A stretch of DNA of 55,713 nucleotides from an uncultured delta proteobacterium (GCA_963752595.1 CAVVYZ010000026.1:1-55713), one strand, 5' to 3'. Positions 9,857-20,078 are shown, numbered from the stretch's first letter. The notes: generated by a model not told the origin, from the sequence alone. A program made the numbers and translations.

Positions 9857-10888
9857 TTATTCCGCCTTTCCCCCGCCGGCCTTGCGGATGGCTTCCACCC
9901 TGCGGAACGCGAGGGAGCCTTCTTTCCCGAACATCTGATTCTGCAGGTCCTTTATTGCCTGATCACGATCCTTTTCCGGTATATCGGGATCATTGACGAT
10001 CTCTTCTTCCCTTTCATAGTACGTTGCCAGCTTCTGCTTATCGAGCTCATTTTCCGCATCCAGCAGTTCGAACCTCTTCACCACCTCTTCCGGGAAAAAC
10101 TCCCTTCTCGTCGTGCGCATGAAATCATCCTTGGCCTGCGGAGCCATCTCAGAGAGGTCCCTGGCATAGATGACAAGCTTTTCCCGGTACTTGTTGTAGG
10201 GATCGTTCAAAATGGACGATTTCTCGATGGCTTCAGCTTCATCGCCCCACATCTCCTGATCCAGCTGATAAAGCATCTGCAGCTTCACATCGCCGTACAG
10301 CTTCCTGTCATTGACGATGACTGTTCTTCGAATGGAATATTCCTGTGATTTGACTTCTGCCCTGAACAGTGCATCCGCGATATCTTCTCCAAAGAATTTT
10401 CTGCGGAACTCCTGCTGTTTTTCAAGAAGGACAAGGGCCTGGGCGGCATTTCCCGGAGCACCCCATGATGCGATCTGTTTTTCCAGGCTCATTTCGTACT
10501 CGGTGAATTTTTTATAAAATGCGCACATGTCCTCTGCGTTCCGGATAAGCGGCTTCTGAGACTTGAGATAGCTGCATACGTCCTGGTAATGGGAATCAAG
10601 GTCGGGACTGCTCCTGAAGCGCCACTGGAGTGATTTGAAAAAATAGACGGTATAATCATTGATGATCTCTTTTGCAAAATACGCATTCATATCGGATTCA
10701 TTGAAATCATTCTTCCTCAGAACCTTCACCAGGTCGCTCAAGCGAATGTCCTTGTCCTTCTCTATGATATGTCCGGGCGGAAGTGTAATATCCTTCGGCG
10801 AGGCAGCAAAGTAATATACGAGACCGGCGATAACTGCGACGATAAGGCAAATGCCTGTAATCATCGACTTGTTCTTTAACTTTTCCAT
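9857..10888 (-). CDS. Lipase secretion chaperone (Lif/LimK)-like membrane-anchored helical protein
   Basis: N-terminal TM anchor; helical repeats RRKFFGEDIADALF, RREFFPEEVVKRF, QNQMFG resembling lipase foldases. Confidence 0.6.
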   Translation of the reverse strand: MEKLKNKSMITGICLIVAVIAGLVYYFAASPKDITLPPGHIIEKDKDIRLSDLVKVLRKNDFNESDMNAYFAKEIINDYTVYFFKSLQWRFRSSPDLDSHYQDVCSYLKSQKPLIRNAEDMCAFYKKFTEYEMSLEKQIASWGAPGNAAQALVLLEKQQEFRRKFFGEDIADALFRAEVKSQEYSIRRTVIVNDRKLYGDVKLQMLYQLDQEMWGDEAEAIEKSSILNDPYNKYREKLVIYARDLSEMAPQAKDDFMRTTRREFFPEEVVKRFELLDAENELDKQKLATYYEREEEIVNDPDIPEKDRDQAIKDLQNQMFGKEGSLAFRRVEAIRKAGGGKAE

Positions 10889-11011
10889 TCGAAACCTTTC
10901 TTGCCCTTAGGCCAGGGTTCGGGAAAGAGATTACTGTTCGATGCCCTCTCATGTATGATAATAATAAAAGTTAATCAATATATACCTGCAGGTTCATGTG
11001 GATGGAAAATC

Positions 11012-11040
11012 TTGACTCAAGAAGCTGTTCATGGCAAGAT
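11012..11040 (+). promoter_or_regulatory. Putative sigma70 promoter for the CBS/permease operon
   Basis: TTGACT-17 nt-CAAGAT just upstream of the structured leader. Confidence 0.4.
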
Positions 11041-11058
11041 GTCGTAAATTATAAAAAA

Positions 11059-11099
11059 GGGTCCGGCATTCGCCGGAGGCTCGTGATGGTTGGGCCGCC
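11059..11099 (+). ncRNA. Probable nhaA-I (Li+-I) riboswitch aptamer
   Basis: GGGT-[CCGGC-ATTC-GCCGG]-AGGC...TGGTTGGGCCGCC resembles the nhaA-I consensus as I recall it; lies upstream of an ion-transporter operon and overlaps a terminator. Confidence 0.65.
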
Positions 11100-11134
11100 A
11101 TCCGTTATATGCGGATGGCGGCTTTTGTCTTTTT
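11094..11134 (+). terminator. Intrinsic terminator in the leader (expression platform)
   Basis: 11-bp stem GCCGCCATCCG / CGGATGGCGGC followed by TTTTGTCTTTTT. Confidence 0.85.
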
Positions 11135-11222
11135 ACGGATAAGGACACCTGTGCGAAGGCTATTGATAGAGTACCGGCTGCAGCCTATCAACGCCTTAAT
11201 GAACAGAATAAGGAGAAATTAA

Positions 11223-11699
11223 ATGAAGGCCCGTGATTTGATGGTACCGATACAGGCATTCCTGAAGCCCGATGACGGGTTGAAGGAATTTGTTACAGCG
11301 ATACGGACTGCCAGGGGGTGTGAGGAGACACACGGGGTGAGATCACTGCCGGTGATCGACGCATCGGGGAATCTGGTAGGCGTGCTTTCCATGAAGGATA
11401 TCCTCAAGGCAACCTATCCCCCCTACCTGTACGACACCGAGCTGAGTCTGTTTACCTGGGACGGCATGCTGGAGTCCATGGCAAAGCATGTCGTGGGCAA
11501 AAAGGTATCCGATCTCATGACCAAGCCGGTCATCACTGTGAAAGATGACCATCCGCTCATGGAATGCGTCGATCACATGCTTAAATACCAGATCTCCACC
11601 ATCCCGGTGACCGACCATGGCGGCCGGTTCCTCGGAATGCTCTATGAAAACGATCTGTTCTTTGCCATTGTGGGAAATCTGCCGGGAGTAGAGCCATGA
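11223..11699 (+). CDS. CBS-domain pair protein
   Basis: MKARDLM, LPVID..GNLVGVLSMKDI, VSDLMTKPVITV, IPVTD..GRFLGML. Confidence 0.9.
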   Translation: MKARDLMVPIQAFLKPDDGLKEFVTAIRTARGCEETHGVRSLPVIDASGNLVGVLSMKDILKATYPPYLYDTELSLFTWDGMLESMAKHVVGKKVSDLMTKPVITVKDDHPLMECVDHMLKYQISTIPVTDHGGRFLGMLYENDLFFAIVGNLPGVEP

Positions 11700-13033
11700 G
11701 CCCCCAAACCGCTTTCTGGGTTGCCACGGGCATCTTTATCCTGGCCTATGCACTGATCATATCCGAGAAGATCCATAAAACCATCGTCGCGCTGACAGGT
11801 GCTTCATTGATGATCGTCCTGGGCATCGTGACCCAGGAGGAGGCACTGCACTCAATCGAGCTCGGAGTGGACTGGAACGTCATCTTTCTGCTCTTTTCCA
11901 TGATGGTCATCATCAACATCATGAAGCCTTCCGGCATCTTTGAGTACATTGCCATCCGCAGTGCCAAGTTCGCCCGAGGCAAGCCTTTCATGATCATGGC
12001 CGTTTTTTCCGTGGTTACAGCGGTGCTCTCCGCCCTCCTCGACAATGTCACGACGGTCCTTCTGATTGCGCCCGTGACACTGCTCATCTGCGATGCGCTC
12101 GATCTCGATGTGGTCCCGTATCTCATTGCCGAGGCCTTGGCCTCGAATATAGGCGGTACGGCCACCCTCATCGGCGATCCTCCGAACATCATGATCGCCT
12201 CCAAAGCGGGCTTGAGCTTCATGGACTTTATCAGCAACCTTGCCCCCGTCGTGATCATTATTATGATTGCCTATGTCATCACCATCAAGCTCATCTTCGG
12301 GAAGAAGCTGAAGGTGAAAGAAGATCTCCGGCAGCGCATCATGGCAATGGATGAAAATGAAGCCATAAAGGATCCCGTGCTGATCAGAAAGTCCCTGTTC
12401 GTGCTTGCCGTTACCATGACCGGGTTCGTACTGCACGGGGTGCTTCACCTGGAACCTGCCACCATTGCACTTTTCGGGGCAGCAATACTGCTGCTCATCT
12501 CCGGCATTAAAGAGCCGCATCACATCCTGTCGGAAGTGGAATGGTCAACGCTCTTTTTCTTCATCGGCCTTTTCATCGTCATCGGCGGGGTCGTCAAGGT
12601 GGGGCTCATCGGGTGGATGTCCGTCAAGATGCTCCAGTTCACCCAGGGCAATATGTTTGAAACGAGCATGGTGATGATGTGGTTCTCTGCCTTTGCGTCT
12701 GCCTTTATCGACAATATCCCCTACGTTGCAACCATGAACCCGCTCATCATCGACATGGCCAAGCAGCTCTGGCCGAACCTGCACGGCGCAGCCCTGCTGC
12801 AGCATCCCGACCTCATGCCCCTGTGGTGGTCGCTCGCCCTGGGCGCATGCCTTGGCGGCAACGGCACGGCTATCGGCGCATCTGCCAACGTGATCGTGGT
12901 GGGCATGTCGGAAAAGATGGGCAAGCCCATATCATTCATCAGGTTCATGCTCTACGGCATGCCGATCATGATAGGATCCGTGTTCATCTCCATGATCTAT
13001 GTATGGCTTCGCTACTACGTTTTCCATTTCTGA
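11696..13033 (+). CDS. ArsB/NhaD (SLC13/ion transporter superfamily) permease
   Basis: 445 aa polytopic; SALLDNVTTV, SNIGGTATLIGDPPNI, SAFIDNIP, GGNGTAIGASAN; coupled to the CBS gene. Confidence 0.92.
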   Translation: MSPQTAFWVATGIFILAYALIISEKIHKTIVALTGASLMIVLGIVTQEEALHSIELGVDWNVIFLLFSMMVIINIMKPSGIFEYIAIRSAKFARGKPFMIMAVFSVVTAVLSALLDNVTTVLLIAPVTLLICDALDLDVVPYLIAEALASNIGGTATLIGDPPNIMIASKAGLSFMDFISNLAPVVIIIMIAYVITIKLIFGKKLKVKEDLRQRIMAMDENEAIKDPVLIRKSLFVLAVTMTGFVLHGVLHLEPATIALFGAAILLLISGIKEPHHILSEVEWSTLFFFIGLFIVIGGVVKVGLIGWMSVKMLQFTQGNMFETSMVMMWFSAFASAFIDNIPYVATMNPLIIDMAKQLWPNLHGAALLQHPDLMPLWWSLALGACLGGNGTAIGASANVIVVGMSEKMGKPISFIRFMLYGMPIMIGSVFISMIYVWLRYYVFHF

Positions 13034-13082
13034 GCTGATACCCATTGACGAGCGGCAAAAAAACCCGGATTAATACTGATCC

Positions 13083-14373
13083 ATGAACAGAAAGTTTCCC
13101 ATTGATATGTATCCGTCCCTGAGGAGGAAGAAACGAGGGCTGCCGCGCCTGTGGTACCTTTTTATTCCGGTTTTTCTGATCATTGCAGCGTTTTTCTCAT
13201 TGCCGGATAAAGAGGGTGAGACAGGACCCTCAAAAGACCGAGCCGCTGCTCACGTGAAACCGGCGGCCAAACTGCAGGTGCCTTTCCTCACCATAGAAGA
13301 CATCGTCCGCATCGATCAGGATACTATAGCAAGCCGTAACCTGACCATTGACTGGGACCTCCAGCAGTACATCGCAAATCTCTCTACCCAGTACAAACTC
13401 TATTACGGTATCCATCGCTGTCATGGATGCCCGCACCGGTGATATCCTGGCTCTCTACGGCCAGACACGGTCAGGGCAGGATTGCAGCCTCAGCCTCAAC
13501 CCGGAGCTTGCCGCGAGCATCTTCAAGCTGGTAACTGCCGTTGCTGCAATGGAGCAGGCCGGGTTTACAGGCCAGAGCATGTTTTTTTACACCGGGAGTC
13601 CGCACACCCTGTATAGAAGACAGCTCACGAACAAGAGAGACAGGTGGTGCGAGGATGTCTCGCTGGCCGATGCGTTTGCCCGCTCCAACAATATCGTTTT
13701 CGGCAAACTGGGCAGTATCTATCTCGGAGAGACGCCGATCTACCTCACAACCAAGAAATTGGGTTTCTGGAAATCGCCTTTGAAGGAGATCAAAAGCCTT
13801 CCGAGCACGAGCATGTTCCCGAAGGATGAATACAATCTTGCCGAGCTCGCCTGCGGATTCAATAAACAGACGCGCATATCACCGCTGCATGCGGCAGAAA
13901 TGGTGACTGCCGTGCTGAACAACGGCTCCATGGTCGCGCCCAGGCTGGTGAAGTCTTCCCCGGTACAGAAGCTCCCGGTGATGAAGACCGAGACTGCTCA
14001 GGATTTGAACGACATGATGGAGAGGACGGTGAGGAAAGGAACCGTAGCCAAGTCTTTCCGCAACATGTCCTCGGACAGGGTGTTGAAAAATATCACTATC
14101 GGCGGGAAAAGCGGAAGCATCGATGGTGACGAGCCGGTGGGAAGGCGCAACTGGTTCGTGGGATTTGCCAGGAACAGAATTACCGGCGAAGGGATCACCA
14201 TCGGCTGCCTCCTGATTCTTGACAACCATTTCTGGATCGAGGCGGATATGCTGTCCCGTCTGATCATCAGGCATTATTTCGCCCAGCCCGTGAATCTCGT
14301 CCCGGCAGGTCAATCGACATACGGCCGGGGGCTCACGGCAAACAGGCTTAAAGATGTCCGGCGAATTCCGTAG
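13083..14373 (+). CDS. Penicillin-binding transpeptidase domain protein, one frameshift near 13410
   Basis: N-terminal TM in ORF 13083..13442; SxxK (ASIFK), SxN (SNN) and KSG motifs in ORF 13348..14373. Confidence 0.85.
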
Positions 14374-14447
14374 GCATCCATGGGTGAGCTTAGCGCGGGC
14401 ACGTGCTGAAGGGTAAGAGATCTTTCGACAGGCTCCCGGGTGTTTCT

Positions 14448-16298
14448 TCAGATACTCATGCTGATACGGTATACGTGGCAGTCGAGCTCCTGCGTCATAC
14501 CGCACCCGAGTTTTTCAAAGGACCTGAGCATAGGCCTGTTATCTTCCCATACATAGGCCCTCATCCGCTCGAATCCCAGGTTTTTTCCAAGTTGGATCAT
14601 GGATTGTAGCAGGTACGTGCCGATGCCTTTGTTTTGCCAGGCAGGGTCGACCATGGCTGCAAATTCGCACACCCGCTTTCCCCCGGTGTCCTCTTCGCTC
14701 GCGATGTGTGCCACTGCGATAACCTGCTCCTGCTTGGCGGAGCCGTTCTGCACGACGAGTGCCATGGAGTTTTTATAGTCGACAGCTATCAGGTCCTGTG
14801 CCTGCTTGTGGTGGAGTGTGTTCACGTGCATGAGGAAACGCTGGAACCTGTCGTCCTTGCTCAAGGCATAGAAAAGGTTCTGGACCGAGCGTTCATCCGT
14901 CACCTTGATGGGCCGGATGAGCAGCTCTTCATTCCCGAAGGAGTGCGTATGCTCGTATGAAGCAGGATACGGGAAGCCCTCAGGCGGCAGGACCTGATCC
15001 TGATACACGTATTTCATGCGTTTTGCCTCGTCGAGCAGCCATTGCCTGAACTTGGGGTGCGCGATGGTGACGAGCGCAAGGGCACGCTCCCGGATGGACT
15101 TTCCGAACAGGTCGACGCATCCGTATTCGGTGACCACATAATTGATGTCTGCCTGGGTCGTGATGATGCCGATCTTGCTGTCCGTGAACTCGGGGACGAT
15201 ACGTGAGAGTTTTCCGTCCCGCGAGGTCGAGCGCAAGGCGATAATGCCCTTGCCGCCGGGTGTGAACATCGCGGTCCGGTTGAAGACCGCATGTCCAAGG
15301 GCGCCGAAATATGCCATGTGCTCGCCCATTCCCACGCACGACTGCCCGGTAAGGTCGATTTCTATGGCGCCGTTGATCGCGATGAATTTCTTTAAAGCCA
15401 TGATTGCGGAGGGGTCGCTGATATACGAGATGTCCTTAAGCTCTACCAGGGGGTTGTCGTTCACATAATCGAAGATCCTCTCGCTTCCGATGCAGAGGCT
15501 TGCCGTGATTTTATTCCGGGTTTTTTCCCCATGGCTGCAGGATATGGCGCCTGATAAGGCCAGGTCTGCAATGTTGTCGGTAATGATCTCGGAGTGGATG
15601 CATAAGTTCCTCTTGTCCTTCAGGAACATCATGGCGGCATCCGGTATCCTCCCAAAGCCTGTCTGGATGGTCGATCCGTTCTCGATGAGGCATGCGATAT
15701 TCTGCCCTACCATCAGGGTTTCCGGGTCAGGTTCCTCGGTCCGGTAGCTCACGAGGGGCTCGTCATATTCGACGATGTAGTCCACATCATCCAGGTGGAC
15801 CATGCTGTCTCCCCTGGTCATGGGCATCTTCCGGTTGACCTGGGCAATCACCACATCCGCCGTCGCGATGATGGAGCGGGTGATGTCCACCATGACGCCG
15901 AGGCTCATGCAGCCGTTCCCATCGGGCGGGCTGAGCTGGATGATGGCGGTGTTGATCTTTATGTAGCCTTCAGAGAACAGCTTGTTCATCCCCATGGTAG
16001 ACAGAGGAAGATGGTCTGCATTGCCCTCGGCAAAGGCTGAGCTGATATTGGGCGATATGAAAAACGACTGTATCCTGAAACGGGAACCGTAATCCCCTCC
16101 GAAGTCCGAATAGGCCTGCAGCGGGACAGAGGTATATACCTGGACATCGCAGAGCTTCTTATTCTCCAGGATGAGGTGCCTGATGAGATGCTTCGGCTCG
16201 CCGCAGCCCGATTCCACGTATACGCAGGAACCCGGGTTGATAATCTCGGAAAGATCTTCAAGCCCTCGTTTTTTTCTCCTGTACTCCGCTTTCCACAC
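14448..16298 (-). CDS. Acetyl-CoA hydrolase/transferase fused to a C-terminal GNAT acetyltransferase
   Basis: GCGEP, IAQVN..MP, GSTIQTGFGRIP, VVTEYG, RERALALVTIAHP; C-terminal WQNKGIGTYLL. Confidence 0.92.
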   Translation of the reverse strand: MWKAEYRRKKRGLEDLSEIINPGSCVYVESGCGEPKHLIRHLILENKKLCDVQVYTSVPLQAYSDFGGDYGSRFRIQSFFISPNISSAFAEGNADHLPLSTMGMNKLFSEGYIKINTAIIQLSPPDGNGCMSLGVMVDITRSIIATADVVIAQVNRKMPMTRGDSMVHLDDVDYIVEYDEPLVSYRTEEPDPETLMVGQNIACLIENGSTIQTGFGRIPDAAMMFLKDKRNLCIHSEIITDNIADLALSGAISCSHGEKTRNKITASLCIGSERIFDYVNDNPLVELKDISYISDPSAIMALKKFIAINGAIEIDLTGQSCVGMGEHMAYFGALGHAVFNRTAMFTPGGKGIIALRSTSRDGKLSRIVPEFTDSKIGIITTQADINYVVTEYGCVDLFGKSIRERALALVTIAHPKFRQWLLDEAKRMKYVYQDQVLPPEGFPYPASYEHTHSFGNEELLIRPIKVTDERSVQNLFYALSKDDRFQRFLMHVNTLHHKQAQDLIAVDYKNSMALVVQNGSAKQEQVIAVAHIASEEDTGGKRVCEFAAMVDPAWQNKGIGTYLLQSMIQLGKNLGFERMRAYVWEDNRPMLRSFEKLGCGMTQELDCHVYRISMSI

Positions 16299-16324
16299 CT
16301 TTTTCCAAAGCCTCTTTCAGCGTT

Positions 16325-16780
16325 TCAATAAATGCCGGCAGCGCAGCCGGCTGCAATGGTCTGGCCCATGAGCCTGCACGAATCGAGGATATCGGCCCCG
16401 ATCTCTCCCTTTGCCACAATGGGCTCATAGACTTTTTTGAATTGGAACCCGATGCAGATCCTCTCGATATGGGTCAATGCCCCCGTGCCGTCGTTCCCTG
16501 CATTGACGAAGACCGCATAGGGCTTCCTGAACATCCGGCCCCGGGCCTGCTCATATGTCCGGTCGAAGAAGTCCTTGACCGCCCCGGACATATATCCGAA
16601 ATACTCGGGAGATCCGATGACCAAGCCGCTGCAATTAAGGAGATCCTCAAGACCGGCTTCGCACGCATCCTTGAGGTTGGCGGCCGAACCTTCGATGGAC
16701 ATGATACCCTCTGCCACGGATAAGGCCATCTTTTTGTTATTCCCTCCCTGGGAATGAAATATAACAAGTATTATCGACAT
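16325..16780 (-). CDS. Flavodoxin / NAD(P)H-dependent FMN-binding family protein
   Basis: HSQGGN, GSPEYFGYMSGAVKDFFDR, AGNDGTG. Confidence 0.85.
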   Translation of the reverse strand: MSIILVIFHSQGGNNKKMALSVAEGIMSIEGSAANLKDACEAGLEDLLNCSGLVIGSPEYFGYMSGAVKDFFDRTYEQARGRMFRKPYAVFVNAGNDGTGALTHIERICIGFQFKKVYEPIVAKGEIGADILDSCRLMGQTIAAGCAAGIY

Positions 16781-16899
16781 TTCCCCTCCCGCGTATGAAT
16801 ATTTATCCTGTGTGAGTTTTTTCGTTTATCAATCGTTTCCGTGTATGATACCTATCTCAAACAAGGAAGGCCGGGAAGGCAATTTCCCATTCAGGTGTT

Positions 16900-17835
16900 A
16901 TGAAAATAGTATTCACATGCGATCTCCATGGGAGGAGGCATCTCTATGAGGAGATGTTCCAGTATGCCGTAAGCGAGGGTGCGGAGTGCATCATTATCGG
17001 CGGAGATCTCCTTCCCACATGGCTCAAAAGCCCCTATAAGCTCCTGACAGGCGGCATCGATTTCCAGGAAGCGCTGCACGTCCAGATCTCCTTTATCGAT
17101 TCATTCCTGAAGCCCGCCATGGTCGAGTTCACAGCCCGCCATCCGGATATCCGCATCTTCTATGTCCCGGGCAATCATGACTGGAACAGTGCGATCAAGC
17201 ACCTCAAGGCCTCGGTAAGCCAGGCTGTGTGCCTCCATTTGAGGAAAGAGACCTTAGGGGATATCACATTTGCCGGCTACGGATGCGTCACCGACTCTTC
17301 GTTCTGGGTAAAGGACTACGTGCGGAGGGACATGAAGGAAAGCTCCTACATCCGGAGCAGGTACCCTCTGGTCAGCGCCCGTGAAGGTATCGAGATCAGC
17401 CTTGCGGGCGCCTATGCCCTTCAAAGGCCGAGCATAGAGGAAGAGCTTGTAGCTTTTGCATTCCCGAACCCTGCAAAAACTATCTGCGTCTTCCACTGCC
17501 CGCCGTACGGCACCGGGCTCGATACCCTATACAGCGGCAAAGCGATCGGCTCCCGCTCCATTGCAGAGTTCATAAAGGAGAGCACGCCCTTTGTCAGCAT
17601 GCATGGCCATATCCATGAGGCCCCCTATATGTCCGGTCGGTATCATACGATGATCGGCCCTACCCTGGCGATCAACCCGGGCCATCACCCGAGAAAACTC
17701 CATGCGGTGAGCTTCGATACGGACGATCCCGGAACGAGCCTCTCGCACCGTGTTTCGGAACAGGCCCGGTGTCCCGGACGGAATTCAACAGGGCAAAAGA
17801 CCGCTATGCACGGATATTCAAAGGCTTTCTCATGA
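16900..17835 (+). CDS. Metallophosphoesterase (calcineurin-like, Icc-related); 3' end possibly frameshifted
   Basis: DLHG, GGD, PGNHD, HCPP, HGHIHE, NPG motifs. Confidence 0.9.
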   Translation: MKIVFTCDLHGRRHLYEEMFQYAVSEGAECIIIGGDLLPTWLKSPYKLLTGGIDFQEALHVQISFIDSFLKPAMVEFTARHPDIRIFYVPGNHDWNSAIKHLKASVSQAVCLHLRKETLGDITFAGYGCVTDSSFWVKDYVRRDMKESSYIRSRYPLVSAREGIEISLAGAYALQRPSIEEELVAFAFPNPAKTICVFHCPPYGTGLDTLYSGKAIGSRSIAEFIKESTPFVSMHGHIHEAPYMSGRYHTMIGPTLAINPGHHPRKLHAVSFDTDDPGTSLSHRVSEQARCPGRNSTGQKTAMHGYSKAFS

Positions 17836-17897
17836 AAAAGGTTCTCATGAGATGAGCATCCGATGTTTCTGAAATACAGACGGTCTTTGTGATATTC

Positions 17898-18074
17898 CTA
17901 TGAGGTTTTCTTAACAAGATCCTCGCCGCAGCAGGTAAACGAGCAGGTGCTCCCTGTAGAGCATTCGTACGAGGATACGTTCGCCCTGTCGCATTCCTCG
18001 ATCACCTGGATTGAAAAGCCGCAATCTTTGCACGTATAGACCTCGCCTTTCTTCATCGTAGTGCAGTCCGCCAT
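17898..18074 (-). CDS. Small Cys-rich desulforedoxin-like metal-binding protein (58 aa, not in the ORF track)
   Basis: Hand translation: MADCTTMKKGEVYTCKDCGFSIQVIEECDRANVSSYECSTGSTCSFTCCGEDLVKKTS; strong RBS AAGGAGG upstream. Confidence 0.8.
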   Translation of the reverse strand: MADCTTMKKGEVYTCKDCGFSIQVIEECDRANVSSYECSTGSTCSFTCCGEDLVKKTS

Positions 18075-18293
18075 AGCTCTGCCCTCCTTTCACCTTTCAC
18101 CATTGATAGTAACCGGACTTGCTGCGAAAACAAGGAATCAATAGGTGCAGAGAAAGTATTCACGGTCTTTGATCTGTATTCAGGTGTATTAGCTGCAGCT
18201 TTGTCTTACAAATAGAGAACCAAGACCAAATAAGATCTTACAGTAGGGCATTTTGCATATTGATAGAAAGTATGGATTACGCGCCGATTATGT

Positions 18294-18572
18294 TTGTGCT
18301 TTGTCAACGGAGCTGCCTTCGCCATGAACAAGACCGATAGAATCATTGTCCAGAAGCCTGCTGTCATGCAGGGGGCCGTGACGAATATCAACGGCAGCAT
18401 CATCACCGTAAAAGACACTGCCGGTGTTGAGAAGCGGTTCGAACTCGAGAATGCCGCCGGCATAAAGATCGGCGAAAGCGTGTGGTGCGAGGGGGACTGC
18501 GGAAGGGCGCTGAAGATCGGCGACAGGGGAATACGGGTCAAGAGGATCGTGGGGGACGCCCAGTCCAGATAG
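18294..18572 (+). CDS. Small hypothetical exported protein (start uncertain)
   Basis: AAFA signal-cleavage-like site; QGAVTNINGSIITVKD is OB-fold-like. Confidence 0.5.
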   Translation: MCFVNGAAFAMNKTDRIIVQKPAVMQGAVTNINGSIITVKDTAGVEKRFELENAAGIKIGESVWCEGDCGRALKIGDRGIRVKRIVGDAQSR

Positions 18573-18739
18573 GAAAGCGGGTTTTGCCAATTGTGTTTGG
18601 GTTTTTATAGCAAACCCGGATGCTTTTTTTTGTGAGCTTTTCTTGTTGATTCAATAAAAGAAAGCCAGGGAGGTTTTACTCTCTTCAGGATATAGTTTGT
18701 TTTCATAGTATTTCATAAAAGCAATGATGTTCAGACAGC

Positions 18740-19360
18740 TTAGAACTTTATACTCAATATCAAATCTGCAATTATTCCATCGAATTTAACCTTGATATCC
18801 TGATCCTCAAAAATCTTTGCGTTTTGTTCTTTCGACTTGAAATATCTCACCTCGATCCCAGACTCTATAATCGGGGCATTCTCTCCTGAGCCAAGACCCT
18901 TTAAACGGTGAGTGACACCTCCTCCATACTGATAACATGGCATACTTACAGTTTCTGAATCGCCAAGCGGTACATCATATAAAACTGTGTTATATCCAAC
19001 TCCTGCCTTTAAATATGCCCTGAAACTTTGCGCTTGGTATTGAGGAATAATATTTATCGTGAGAGGTATCATGGAGTTATCTAAACCTTCCCATTCGCCT
19101 CCCACCCAATATACGTCCTCGAATTCAAATTGATATACGCCCAAATCGAACTCGGCAGCCAAGTTTGAGTGCAAGCTGACCCCAACGCCAATATCGAATG
19201 CATTGAGATACATATCAGCATCTGTGAGCATATCTGAATCTGGGAAATAATGGCCTAAACCACCTTGTAAATATACTCCTGCAAGAGCAGGATTCGAAGA
19301 TAACAATGCAAATAAAACAATAAGGATGAAGCTCCCTTTAACAAAATTACAATTCTTCAT
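18740..19360 (-). CDS. Outer-membrane beta-barrel protein (OmpA/OmpW-like), AT-rich
   Basis: Signal peptide ending ALA; alternating beta strands; AYLKAGVGY; terminal Phe. Confidence 0.75.
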   Translation of the reverse strand: MKNCNFVKGSFILIVLFALLSSNPALAGVYLQGGLGHYFPDSDMLTDADMYLNAFDIGVGVSLHSNLAAEFDLGVYQFEFEDVYWVGGEWEGLDNSMIPLTINIIPQYQAQSFRAYLKAGVGYNTVLYDVPLGDSETVSMPCYQYGGGVTHRLKGLGSGENAPIIESGIEVRYFKSKEQNAKIFEDQDIKVKFDGIIADLILSIKF

Positions 19361-20014
19361 AGCTCACCCTCCTTTAAAGCCATGGTTAACTATATACTTT
19401 TATTGTTTATAATATAATAATATAGTCAAATAATAATATCATAGTTGTTTACAGTACCGGCAAAACTGTCTCCCTTCGGGAAAAGGTTGTATTCGATCCC
19501 CAGGTAATCAGGGAGCTCGAAAAGGGCCAAGCCACCGCGATTCTCTCCATAAAAAGTCAGAGCAGGGATGATGTGATCAATATGTTCCCTGTCTTTGTCT
19601 AACACAATAATGGGAGCTATTTATTAAAGGGCATAAATAGATTTGATCATATAAAGCATCCCAGGAAGACATACTATTACCTTACGACTTGGGAACTATG
19701 ATTGATTATAGTATGAGCTTTAATGAAGGCAATTTCGATATTCAAAACATATTGATAACAGATAACAGCTTTCAGCCTTATTTTGGTTTCTCTACCTTCA
19801 TGGTAGCATAACTTTTTGAACCAAGCCCTTTCTCAAAGTGTCGTGCTATAGTTTAACCCTGAGATAGGGCCCAGAAATGTATAGTTCATCAGAAGATCAT
19901 AGGTCTTGGGGTATGCTTAAAACGGATAGTTTTACAGAGATCGAATGTCTGTTAAAGCACTGTGTTTTCTGATTTGTATATCTTCCCTGTTAGATGGCTA
20001 GCTTTTATTTTCTC

Positions 20015-20054
20015 TTGAAATATTTGATAGGTGTCGATATAGTACATTATGTAC
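20015..20054 (+). promoter_or_regulatory. Toxin-antitoxin operon promoter and palindromic operator
   Basis: TTGAAA-17 nt-TATAGT overlapping GTACA-TTA-TGTAC (20042-20054). Confidence 0.6.
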
Positions 20055-20078
20055 AAAAGATACAATAGGAGCACTCCC

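Noticed and set aside
19450-19560. Possible c-di-GMP riboswitch upstream of the beta-barrel gene
   Set aside because: Only small hairpins; the conserved GEMM elements were not found on either strand
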